24,000 nucleotides of DNA from Candidatus Jettenia ecosi (GTDB lineage: Bacteria; Planctomycetota; Brocadiia; Brocadiales; Brocadiaceae), in NCBI GenBank assembly GCA_005524015.1, contig SULG01000016.1, forward strand, positions 1-24,000, given 5' to 3'. A model generated the notes under the pieces. That model was not told where the DNA came from. It did no database searches and saw only the letters and a program-made list of their open reading frames with translations. This document shows, piece after piece, positions 16,088-23,767 of the stretch (within the stretch, counting starts at the first letter, position 1; every line of letters starts with the position of its first letter). The position numbers and the translations under genes were made by a program.

Positions 16088-16546
16088 TTATATTGCATAA
16101 GTAAAGACATCGTTCTCTTTCTTATCCAACGATTCCTTAGCACGTTTACACATATCCGCAAAGGTCATGGTATCTAATACATCGGTTATAGCATTTCGAA
16201 TATCCATCATCACACTCCGTATTACGCAGTTGACTTCCTCAGAACACGGCTTGTAGGCCATCTTACTTACGCAGTTTACCGGTGCAATTGCCCCATCAAG
16301 CGCCCGAATCACTTCACCTAAAGTAATGAGGTCGGGTGACCTTGCCAATTCATAGCCACCCTTAAGACCCATCTTGCTATTGAGTATGCCTACTTTTCTT
16401 AACGTAAGAAGTATATTTTCTAAAAATTTTTGTGGTATCCTCTCCTTTGCAGAAATCTCTTTAATCTGCAGGGTCCCCTTCTGATAATTCATCGCAAGAT
16501 AAATCATCGCACGAAGGGCATAATCACTTTTTTTAGAGAGTTTCAT
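16088..16546 (-). CDS. Rrf2-family transcriptional regulator with a three-Cys putative Fe-S ligand set
   Basis: MKLSKKSDYALRAMIYLA... is a winged-HTH N-terminus typical of Rrf2/IscR/NsrR proteins. Cys92, Cys101 and Cys107 (VNCVSKMAYKPCSEEVNCV, C-X8-C-X5-C) occupy the region where cluster-ligating Cys residues sit in IscR/NsrR. Confidence 0.92.
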   Translation of the reverse strand: MKLSKKSDYALRAMIYLAMNYQKGTLQIKEISAKERIPQKFLENILLTLRKVGILNSKMGLKGGYELARSPDLITLGEVIRALDGAIAPVNCVSKMAYKPCSEEVNCVIRSVMMDIRNAITDVLDTMTFADMCKRAKESLDKKENDVFTYAI

Positions 16547-16588
16547 AAATATTCTCTATAAGGAACAAGTTATATAAAACTAATAGAC

Positions 16589-16616
16589 ATTCTAATAAAA
16601 AAATAAGAAATGTCAA
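16589..16616 (-). promoter_or_regulatory. Candidate promoter of the Rrf2 gene: TTGACA-16 nt-TAGAAT
   Basis: The sense strand reads aattagTTGACAtttcttatttttttatTAGAATgtctatt. The -35 is rc of 16611-16616 and the -10 is rc of 16589-16594. An imperfect dyad TATTAGA-atg-TCTATTA (rc of 16581-16597) overlaps the -10. Confidence 0.45.
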
Positions 16617-16622
16617 CTAATT

Positions 16623-18275
16623 TTACATTATTTTTGCAGCAGCAATAATTGCTTTATCTAAAGCATTGAATTTTTCTATATATTCGACACGCTCACATCG
16701 TAAATCTGATACCTGTTTTATAACATCATCAACACTATAAAATTTTTCAACATCGTATTTAGATAAATCTACACCCTCAATAAATGAAGGAACTTCAAGG
16801 TTCCAGTATTTATCTTTACCCCATATGTTAGTACCACGTACAATGCCCCGAATAATGGACGACATCTCCGGAATTTCCACTCGTTGCACCTTGCGCTTTA
16901 TTATCTTTCCACCATCTGGCTGTTTTTCGATAATCTCCCCAAGACCACCGGTATTTAACTGATAGCAATGTACCTTGCGCTCATGCCTTTTAACAAAATC
17001 ATAGAACCAATTTCCTTCATATGATTTATCCCCTATGATAAAAGGATTCGTACCTACTTCCCGAATCGATTCCCCTGTACGTCTTGGATCGCCAGCCGAT
17101 GTTTCAATAGATTCACCCAACATAAACACTGCAGCCGCCTGCTCAGGGGTAAGCCTAACAGCAAGCGGTACAACGGTATGACGGCGCGTAATAAAGGCAA
17201 TTATAAGCCCATCAACTTCATCAATGGGTGGTAAGTTAACAGTATCTGAAATATACGGACGGAGATCTTCACGCATCATAATTCCACGTCCATTACTCGT
17301 TAAGGTATCATCATCAAAATAAAGATTACCCTCGTAATCGATCATAACATTTTCAAAGATGGCATCACGCGATGTTGTTGCTTTATAGATTATCGGTTGA
17401 GTAACCGGGTCCAGCCCCTCCGTTTTTAAATAGAACCCGCGTTCTGACCCATAAGCAGAGCCGTCTTTCTTCAGGAATACCACGTCATCTTGTAGTATCT
17501 CAATACCTTCATCTTTACCATGTAAGTCATGGGTATGGCAAGTGTGTGTCGTTTTCCCTGCGCCGCTCATTCCAAAGATAAGCATCCCATATCTTCGGAG
17601 ACGCCCATCACTTCCCCTTGCCTTTAAGATCTTCGAGCCTGCGTGAAGACCCAGCATCCCCTTCTGTTTGGCATTCCACATGGCCATTCTCAAGAACCCT
17701 TTCTTGGACTCGCCATAATAATCACTTCCTAACACAATAGTGGTACTAATCTCCGGGAAAACGAGGATTTGCCGTTCCGCCTCTTGCCACTCGGGGATAT
17801 AAACAATATACTGTTTTAGTTTTCCATCAGGTCTCGGTGAAAAAAGAGTCGCCCATGTCATATAGGCAAGCCGGACCATTTCAGGTCTTTGAATAGAAAC
17901 GTAGATAGTACAACTCGGGGAAAATTCGCTATTATTCCCCATCGTTCTATTAATTCTTACGAAAGGCGCTCGTTTAATATAGTTTTCAACCAGAGCTAAC
18001 GTTTTCGGTAAATTGTTCATAATCTCATTTTGCTGAGCATTGAGTGTTTTTAAACGAACAGCATCATTCCCCACGTAGACAGTTGCCTTCGCGCTACGAT
18101 TTTTTACGGTGGAATGAATGGCTACATTACCGAATTTCGTGAATGAGGCAAACCTCTCTGCGCTGCGCCGTAAAGTCCAATCGGTAGAATTAATAACATT
18201 CGGAGATTCCTTAAAAGATTCTACAATCCGTTTTACTACCTCAAATTCCTCAGTGAGAGAAGATATTATCGGCAT
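16623..18275 (-). CDS. pckA: Phosphoenolpyruvate carboxykinase, ATP-type family (divergent)
   Basis: Motifs align with E. coli PckA as I recall it: KNRSAKATVYV (cf. TGRSPKDKYIV), GSDYYGESKKG (cf. GTWYGGEMKKG), LHAGS (cf. MHCSA), the P-loop FGMSGAGKTT (cf. FGLSGTGKTT), QDD (cf. GDDEH), SNGRG (cf. ENTRV) and YQLNTGG (cf. YLVNTGW). The track start TTG 18290 lies in the GGAGG SD. ATG 18273-18275 is 8 nt downstream of GGAGG. Confidence 0.85.
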   Translation of the reverse strand: MPIISSLTEEFEVVKRIVESFKESPNVINSTDWTLRRSAERFASFTKFGNVAIHSTVKNRSAKATVYVGNDAVRLKTLNAQQNEIMNNLPKTLALVENYIKRAPFVRINRTMGNNSEFSPSCTIYVSIQRPEMVRLAYMTWATLFSPRPDGKLKQYIVYIPEWQEAERQILVFPEISTTIVLGSDYYGESKKGFLRMAMWNAKQKGMLGLHAGSKILKARGSDGRLRRYGMLIFGMSGAGKTTHTCHTHDLHGKDEGIEILQDDVVFLKKDGSAYGSERGFYLKTEGLDPVTQPIIYKATTSRDAIFENVMIDYEGNLYFDDDTLTSNGRGIMMREDLRPYISDTVNLPPIDEVDGLIIAFITRRHTVVPLAVRLTPEQAAAVFMLGESIETSAGDPRRTGESIREVGTNPFIIGDKSYEGNWFYDFVKRHERKVHCYQLNTGGLGEIIEKQPDGGKIIKRKVQRVEIPEMSSIIRGIVRGTNIWGKDKYWNLEVPSFIEGVDLSKYDVEKFYSVDDVIKQVSDLRCERVEYIEKFNALDKAIIAAAKIM

Positions 18276-18438
18276 TTTGAATTCCTCCAAATAAATTTAC
18301 CTGAGTATGACCCTGTTAAGCGCCAATCTAAAATTGTCTTATTATAAGGATGTAATTTCCTCTATTCCTAATATGGCTTTCTGTTTTCACTGAAATAACA
18401 ACAGTATCCAACTTTACAAAGAGATGAAATACGAGCCG

Positions 18439-19182
18439 CTATATTGATTGTGAAAAAGAAAAATGCTTTCTCTTCAGAAGGCCTGCCATAGTAAAGAAGT
18501 TGACGTAAAACTGTTCAGCTTGTTTCATGTAAGGTTTTTCTACGGTGTTATAATCTGCTATCATTTTCTGTTTATCAGAGACAATGCCTTTAAGAGATTC
18601 TAATTCCTTAGCATAAGCATCGGCCCATTGAATGATCATGCCCTTTGTTATCTCTATATGGAATTGGATACCATAAATATTCCGGCCATATTTTAATACC
18701 TGATTCTGACAGAGTTCTGAAAAGGCTAATCTTCTTCCTCCTTCAGGTATACCAAAGGTATCTCCATGCCACTGAAATACCTTAAATACTTCTGAAAAAT
18801 CTCTAAATAAATCATCATGTAATCCATAATCATTCAATACGACCTTGTACCATCCAATTTCTTTTTCAAGATTTTTCGCTACTCTGGCACCTGTTGCTTT
18901 TGCAATAAGTTGTGCGCCTAAACAAATTCCCAAAAATGGAACTTCCTCTTCAACTACCCTTTTGAGTAAGAGATCCTCGCCTCTCAGGAATGGATATTTC
19001 TCTTCCTCATACACGTTCATGGGTCCGCCAAGAGAAATAACCGATTGAAAGGCTTTCTCTAATTTAGGCAATCTATCTCCCCGGGAGAGATCAATAACCG
19101 TTGATGGTATCCTGTTGTCTGCCAAAAAATCCGCTATAGTGCCGGGACCCTCAATCGTTATGTGTTTTATGAATACTATCAT
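18439..19182 (-). CDS. Stand-alone class-I (triad) glutamine amidotransferase, GuaA-N-terminal-like
   Basis: Contains the nucleophile elbow FLGICLGAQL and His/Glu in GIQFHIE, with a typical GATase1 layout of about 190 aa plus a 55-aa C-terminal extension. The AGGAG SD (rc of 19191-19195) is 8 nt upstream of ATG 19180-19182. The track GTG 19191 overlaps the SD. Confidence 0.85.
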   Translation of the reverse strand: MIVFIKHITIEGPGTIADFLADNRIPSTVIDLSRGDRLPKLEKAFQSVISLGGPMNVYEEEKYPFLRGEDLLLKRVVEEEVPFLGICLGAQLIAKATGARVAKNLEKEIGWYKVVLNDYGLHDDLFRDFSEVFKVFQWHGDTFGIPEGGRRLAFSELCQNQVLKYGRNIYGIQFHIEITKGMIIQWADAYAKELESLKGIVSDKQKMIADYNTVEKPYMKQAEQFYVNFFTMAGLLKRKHFSFSQSI

Positions 19183-19201
19183 TGCTAACACTCCTCGTTA
19201 A

Positions 19202-19230
19202 ATTATAGGACCCATAATCTGAATAGTGAA
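19202..19230 (-). promoter_or_regulatory. Candidate promoter for the amidotransferase gene: TTCACT-17 nt-TATAAT
   Basis: The sense strand reads gtTTCACTattcagattatgggtccTATAATttaacgAGGAG. The -35 is rc of 19225-19230 and the perfect -10 is rc of 19202-19207. Confidence 0.35.
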
Positions 19231-19298
19231 ACACATTATACTAGAATTTTAAGGTTAGCGTATCTTTTATTAAAACGGAGTGTTCCTTTATTTCATAA

Positions 19299-19322
19299 AG
19301 AGACGGCCCATCGGACGTCTCT
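19299..19322 (-). terminator. Stem-loop immediately 3' of thiC (AGAGACG...CGTCTCT, 7-bp stem), possible terminator
   Basis: On the plus strand, agagacg is at 19299-19305, the loop is gcccatcgga, and cgtctct is at 19316-19322. On the sense strand it begins 9 nt after the thiC TAG. The downstream tract is only TTAT, so the U-run is weak. Confidence 0.35.
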
Positions 19323-19331
19323 ACAATTTTT

Positions 19332-20606
19332 CTATACCTTGTCACTTAGCTTGAATACGCAATACTCTGCACACATGGAACAGACCTCGTCATTTTGAGG
19401 CCGCCCTCTTTCACGGATATTTTTAGCCACTATGGGATCTATACAGGTATTGAACTGGCCCTGCCAATCCCTTTTTCTCCTATAATGCGACATCTTTTTA
19501 TCCCATTCCCACGCTGATTTAACACCCTTCACAATATCGGCAGCGTGAGCAGCAATCCTTGCTGCCATTACACCATTTCTTACATCAGTTGGATTGGGCA
19601 GACTCAAATGTTCCGATGGTGTTACATAACATAAAAAGTCAGCTCCTGCGGCTGCTGCTATAGCTCCCCCAATAGCAGAGGTAATATGGTCATATCCGGG
19701 AGCAATATCTGTTACAATCGGCCCGAGCACATAAAAAGGCACTCCCTTACAGAGTTCCTTTTGTAATTGCACGTGCGCGGTCACTTGATTTAAAGGCACA
19801 TGTCCAGGCCCTTCAACCATAACTTGTACATTGGCATCAAGCGCCCTTTGGGCAAGTTCTGCAAGGACATTTAGTTCGTAAATTTGCGCACGGTCGAACG
19901 CATCTGCCAGAGCTCCCGGCCGCATGGCATCTCCAAGGCTAAGCGTCACATCATACTCTTTCGCTATAGCCAATATCTCATCATATTCTTCATAGAAAGG
20001 ATTCTCTCTGCCGTTGTGGATCATCCATTCTACTAAAAATGTCCCGCCACGGCTTACAACACCACAAATACGTTTATTTTCTTTTAGATGCTTGAGTACA
20101 CCCCTCGTGGCGCCGCAGTGAACGGTAATAAAATCCACGCCATCCTCACAGTGTAATCTTACCGCATCGAGCATATCTTCCGCAGTCATATCTACTATTG
20201 TATGTTTATGCTGAACAGCCTTAACGGCTGCCTCATAAATTGGTACGCTACCTACCGTAAGAGCGGTTGATTCTATAATCCTTCTTCGTATCGACCGCAG
20301 ATCGCCGCCGGTGCTGAGGTCCATTACTGCATCAGCGCCTGCTTCTTCCGCTACCCGTAATTTTTCCAGCTCGTTCACAATATCAGCATAATCGGCCGAA
20401 GTCCCTATATTGGCATTAACTTTTGTTTTAAGTCCTGCACCGATACCACAAACCTTTGTAGCCCTGCGTTTATGATTCACAGGAATAACAATCTTGCCTT
20501 CGGCAATACGCAGCTTTATATATTCAGGGTCAAGATCTTCCTCTTTTGCAACCTGTCTCATTTCCTGTGTTATGATATTTTGTCTAGCTTTTTGTAGCTG
20601 TGTCAT
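19332..20606 (-). CDS. thiC: Phosphomethylpyrimidine (HMP-P) synthase ThiC, short form
   Basis: Has the strongly ThiC-like sequence KTKVNANIGTS...MDLSTGG... and the C-terminal Fe-S motif CSMCAEYC (CX2CX4C). The track start (20666) overlaps rluB by 83 nt. MTQLQKARQNIITQEM (ATG 20604-20606, GAGGA SD 4 nt upstream) matches the usual N-terminus of short ThiC proteins. Confidence 0.96.
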   Translation of the reverse strand: MTQLQKARQNIITQEMRQVAKEEDLDPEYIKLRIAEGKIVIPVNHKRRATKVCGIGAGLKTKVNANIGTSADYADIVNELEKLRVAEEAGADAVMDLSTGGDLRSIRRRIIESTALTVGSVPIYEAAVKAVQHKHTIVDMTAEDMLDAVRLHCEDGVDFITVHCGATRGVLKHLKENKRICGVVSRGGTFLVEWMIHNGRENPFYEEYDEILAIAKEYDVTLSLGDAMRPGALADAFDRAQIYELNVLAELAQRALDANVQVMVEGPGHVPLNQVTAHVQLQKELCKGVPFYVLGPIVTDIAPGYDHITSAIGGAIAAAAGADFLCYVTPSEHLSLPNPTDVRNGVMAARIAAHAADIVKGVKSAWEWDKKMSHYRRKRDWQGQFNTCIDPIVAKNIRERGRPQNDEVCSMCAEYCVFKLSDKV

Positions 20607-21366
20607 ATTTTCCTCGATCTTTATCCTTTGGTTGACCCTTTGTGTGTTCTCTTTCAGCAAATGCATAAAGCTGAGCCACTTCGCGTCCGGTCAGTTTTCG
20701 ATATTTACCGATTTTCAAATTATGATCGGACAGATTGCCAATTTTTATCCTCCGTAAAATACGCACCTTATATCCATGATCGGCAAGCATACGACGAATC
20801 TCTCTATTTTTGCCTTCCTTTAACATCATTTCAAACCTACTTCTCAATTTTCCTTTATGTACGTTTTTAATTATCACCGGCCGTGTCTTGCCAAAGGAAA
20901 GCCAAACACCGGATTCCAATGACTTGATTGCCTGGTCCGTCAAATAGCCATCTACCTCTACAAAATACGTTTTATTAACCTCATACCTCGGATGAGATAG
21001 TTTGTTAGCAAAATCGCCATCATTTGTTAAGATAATAAGACCTTCGCTTTCCTTATCCAGCCTTCCGACTGTATATATCCTTTGGGTTATATTATTCAGT
21101 ATATCAATCGCCTTCAGTCGATCAAGCTCATCCCGATTTGTACATACATAACCTTTGGGCTTATTGAGTAAATAGTAAATCTTGGGTTGTTTCCGTACCA
21201 ATATTCCATCACAATAAATCTTATCTTTTTCTGCGCTAACAGATGTACCCAGGGTCGTGATGGGCTGTCCATTCACAGTTACTCTTCCAGAAGTAATGAT
21301 TTTTTCACATTCACGGCGTGAGCCGACCCCTGCCTCTGCTAATACCTTTTGCAATCGTTCCAGCAT
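20584..21366 (-). CDS. rluB: RsuA/RluB-family rRNA pseudouridine synthase (RluB-like)
   Basis: Has an N-terminal S4 domain (LQKVLAEAGVGSRRECEKIITSGRVTVNG), the catalytic Asp motif GRLDKESEGLIILTNDG, and a basic C-terminal tail. The ATG has an AAGGA SD. Confidence 0.9.
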   Translation of the reverse strand: MLERLQKVLAEAGVGSRRECEKIITSGRVTVNGQPITTLGTSVSAEKDKIYCDGILVRKQPKIYYLLNKPKGYVCTNRDELDRLKAIDILNNITQRIYTVGRLDKESEGLIILTNDGDFANKLSHPRYEVNKTYFVEVDGYLTDQAIKSLESGVWLSFGKTRPVIIKNVHKGKLRSRFEMMLKEGKNREIRRMLADHGYKVRILRRIKIGNLSDHNLKIGKYRKLTGREVAQLYAFAEREHTKGQPKDKDRGKYDTATKS

Positions 21367-21410
21367 GAATATTCCTTAAAAATTAGCCACAAATAAACGC
21401 GAATTATAAA

Positions 21411-21447
21411 GTAAAAAAAAGAGAAAAGGAGAATTCTTTCAGAATTC
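21411..21447 (-). terminator. AT-rich hairpin GAATTCT-gaa-AGAATTC spanning the recN stop codon, followed by a T-rich tract; weak candidate terminator
   Basis: On the plus strand, gaattct is at 21431-21437, ttc follows, and agaattc is at 21441-21447. The recN TGA (rc of 21439-21441) lies in the loop. The sense strand continues tccttttctctttttttt (rc of 21413-21430). Only 2 G:C pairs are in the stem. Confidence 0.3.
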
Positions 21448-23193
21448 GTGTTCGTTCGTGGCTAGATTATTCTTCGTTACATTTTTACTCTTTATCTTCT
21501 TTTTCGCATCACGCAACATTTCCTGCGCTTGCTTTCTGGTAATATCTGTTTTTTCACTGCCTCTGATCATATCTGCGATTTCTTCAAGACGGGCATCGCT
21601 TGATAGATTTTCAATAACAGAGTATGTCTTGTTATCCTTTACGAACTTATTTACCTTCCATTGTTCATCAGCATAGCAAGCAATTTGAGGAAGATGGGTA
21701 ATACAGATTACCTGATGAGACTTTGCTATACTACTCAATTTCTCACCAATTACTTCTCCCATTCTACCGCCGATATTAGCATCAATCTCATCAAAAACCA
21801 GCACCGAAGTCTTATCTACTTTGGCTAACTGATGCTTCAAGGCAAGCATGACTCGTGATATTTCACCGCCGGAAGCAATTTTCCTGAGTGGTTTTAAATC
21901 TCCCCCAGGGTTAGGTGAAATGAGAAATTCAATTTGATCAAAACCACAGCTATGGGCATTTGAGGCTTGCGGATTTCCATCATCAGGCAAGAAGGGAGAT
22001 GTTATTTGAACAAGAAATTTGCCATGAGGCATACCCAATTCATGAAGTTCTTTGTCTATCAAAGGGGCTAATTTACCAGCCGTTGCGACTCGCTTTCGAG
22101 TTAATTCACATCCTTTCCGTCTTAAGGAATCTGATAATACTCTTAGCTCTTCATCAACCTGCTCAGCCGTTGTTTTTTCTTCAGAAAGTTGTTTCAGCTT
22201 TAATTGTATCTCATCATGATATGATAGAATCTCCTCTATCGTATTTCCATATTTCATCTTTAACTTTCGCATCGTATTTAAACGTTCTTCAATATATTCT
22301 AATCTTTGAGGGTCATAATTAAAACTATCTCTGAATTTCCCTAAAGAAAAGGCCGCATCTTCTGTTTGATAAAGTAATTGATTACAGACATCGAATATCT
22401 TTAACAAGGCCTCATCAAGTCTTGCAATGGATTGTAGTTCTTTGACAACGGATTTCAATCTTGAGACAACAGCGTCAGGAGATTCATAGAGATGCAAGTA
22501 ACAAGAGGTTATTGTGGTATATATTTTTTCAGCATTATTTAAAATATTCTTCTCTTTTTCAAGCTCTTCTATCTCGCCTTCCCTAAGTTGTGCCTTATCA
22601 ATCTCCTCAATCTGAAAGACATATAAATCCATTCTTTGTCTTCGTTCCTGCTGATTATTTCTCAGAACATCACGCATTTTTGTCTTTTCTATAACTTGTT
22701 GATGCACCTCTGAAAAATCTTCCCGTAATGAAGAAATCCCTCCAAGGTCATCTAAGATATAGAGTTGGTTGATTCCGTGCAATAGGGTCTCATGCTCATG
22801 CTGACCATGAATACTAACCAATATCTCTCCAATCTCTTTTAACATAGATACCGTTAAAGGAATACCATTTAAGCGACACCTACTCCGTCCACTGGTATCT
22901 ATACTTCTTTGTATTAATAATTCCTCTTCAATAGTATTATTGCCGGAAACCCTTTTAATCTGCTTTAAAATACTCTCATCCTTGGCATGGAATTTCGCAA
23001 TTACCGTAGCTTCGTCTTTTCCACTCTGTACAATATCTGAAGTTGCGCGTCCACCGAGGATAAAATTCAAGGCGCCGATTACCAGTGATTTTCCCACGCC
23101 TGTTGCCCCACTAAACACGTTCAACCGTTCACAAAGTTTAATGGTAACTTTATCAATTAATACGAAATTAGTTATATATAGCTCTTGCAGCAC
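21439..23193 (-). CDS. recN: DNA repair protein RecN (SMC-like ATPase)
   Basis: Has the N-terminus (M)LQELYITNFVLID, Walker A GATGVGKS, a long coiled-coil middle, the signature ASGGEISRVMLALK and Walker B VLVFDEIDANIGG. The start is GTG (rc of 23191-23193). Confidence 0.95.
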   Translation of the reverse strand: MLQELYITNFVLIDKVTIKLCERLNVFSGATGVGKSLVIGALNFILGGRATSDIVQSGKDEATVIAKFHAKDESILKQIKRVSGNNTIEEELLIQRSIDTSGRSRCRLNGIPLTVSMLKEIGEILVSIHGQHEHETLLHGINQLYILDDLGGISSLREDFSEVHQQVIEKTKMRDVLRNNQQERRQRMDLYVFQIEEIDKAQLREGEIEELEKEKNILNNAEKIYTTITSCYLHLYESPDAVVSRLKSVVKELQSIARLDEALLKIFDVCNQLLYQTEDAAFSLGKFRDSFNYDPQRLEYIEERLNTMRKLKMKYGNTIEEILSYHDEIQLKLKQLSEEKTTAEQVDEELRVLSDSLRRKGCELTRKRVATAGKLAPLIDKELHELGMPHGKFLVQITSPFLPDDGNPQASNAHSCGFDQIEFLISPNPGGDLKPLRKIASGGEISRVMLALKHQLAKVDKTSVLVFDEIDANIGGRMGEVIGEKLSSIAKSHQVICITHLPQIACYADEQWKVNKFVKDNKTYSVIENLSSDARLEEIADMIRGSEKTDITRKQAQEMLRDAKKKIKSKNVTKNNLATNEHEF

Positions 23194-23237
23194 GGTGGTT
23201 ATTTTACCATTTTCTGCAAATAAAGATGTAACAACTT

Positions 23238-23564
23238 TTATTGTATTTTAGCACCTGATTTTATGTCTTTTTCCGTTGTAAGAATTACTACCTGATCCCC
23301 ATCCTTTGCAGCCAGTAGCATTCCTTGGCTCTCAACACCTCGGAGGGTCGCAGGCGCCAGGTTATTTACAATAATAATCCGTTTTCCAATAAGTTCCTCA
23401 GGTGTGTAATTTTTTCTGATCCCTGCAACAATTTGCCTACCTTCCAGACCATCTCCTGCATCAATCTTCAGGATAAGTAATTTGTCAGCGTTTGGATGCG
23501 GCTCAGCATGCTTCACTTCAGCAACTCGCAAATCTATCTTCAAGAAATCTTCAATTGAAATCAT
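23238..23564 (-). CDS. tRNA-binding OB-fold protein (Trbp111 / YgjH / MetRS C-terminal domain-like)
   Basis: MISIEDFLKIDLRVAEVKHAEPHPNADKLLILKIDAG...LRGVESQGMLLAA matches the EMAP-II-like tRNA-binding domain. ATG 23562-23564 has an AAAGG SD 7 nt upstream. The track ATG 23579 has no SD and adds 5 residues. Confidence 0.85.
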   Translation of the reverse strand: MISIEDFLKIDLRVAEVKHAEPHPNADKLLILKIDAGDGLEGRQIVAGIRKNYTPEELIGKRIIIVNNLAPATLRGVESQGMLLAAKDGDQVVILTTEKDIKSGAKIQ

Positions 23565-23693
23565 ACCAAAACCTTTCATAAGGTAAAGAGTAAACAGGTA
23601 TTACATGATAATAGTACTCGTTGAGAGAATACGTTATTTTTGCATTAACTATCAATGCATATTCAATAGTAAAAAGGCTTACTTATTGTAATG

Positions 23694-23722
23694 AATATAA
23701 CTATTTTTAAAAGATGTGTCAA
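23694..23722 (-). promoter_or_regulatory. Candidate promoter for the tRNA-binding protein/recN unit: TTGACA-17 nt-TATATT
   Basis: The sense strand reads attcaTTGACAcatcttttaaaaatagtTATATTcattac. The perfect -35 is rc of 23717-23722 and the -10 is rc of 23694-23699. It implies a leader of about 120 nt. Confidence 0.45.
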
Positions 23723-23767
23723 TGAATTAAACCAAGAACACGTGGTTGTAATTTGGAACTCTTCAGA

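Noticed and set aside
16067-16591. Shared 8-mer TAGACATT at 16067-16074 and 16584-16591 as proof of a common Rrf2 box.
   Set aside because: A single 8-mer shared between two AT-rich spacers is within chance expectation. I keep it only as a supporting remark, not as a feature.
20607-20666. 20-codon N-terminal extension of thiC giving an 83-nt overlap with rluB.
   Set aside because: ATG 20606 has a GAGGA SD at correct spacing and yields the canonical short-ThiC N-terminus. The extension has neither support.
20607-20800. Search for a TPP riboswitch upstream of thiC.
   Set aside because: The region is rluB coding sequence and lacks the CUGAGA and pyrimidine-sensor helix cores by eye. I report this as an absence. 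A covariance-model scan would be decisive.
474-23251. Plus-strand track ORFs lying inside minus-strand genes: 474-665, 837-1268, 1148-1378, 1564-1998, 4012-4359, 4684-4950, 6464-6718, 7437-7685, 9288-9527, 9763-9945, 12143-12355, 13565-13822, 13847-14302, 15529-15798, 15847-16038, 18845-19048, 20494-20757, 20628-20870, 21458-21676, 21960-22322 and 22940-23251. Also the minus-strand ORF 11659-11850 inside queA.
   Set aside because: All are antisense shadows of genes with strong family signatures. Their products are low-complexity (Ser/Pro/Ile/Phe-rich), lack SD sequences and match no family I recognise. Such ORFs are expected in AT-rich DNA.
23600-23693. Possible long-range helix in the tRNA-binding-protein leader (ATTACAATAAGTA pairing with TACTATT...GTAAT), and a 28-codon plus-strand ORF at 23605-23691.
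   Set aside because: The 5' arm would lie upstream of, or at, the predicted TSS. The pairing is AT-only with bulges. The mini-ORF has no SD and is antisense to the leader.
23723-23767. AACCA-N8-TGGTT stem with a CACGTG palindrome after the GNAT stop, as a possible terminator.
   Set aside because: The stem is only 5 bp with no convincing U-tract. It is indistinguishable from chance.
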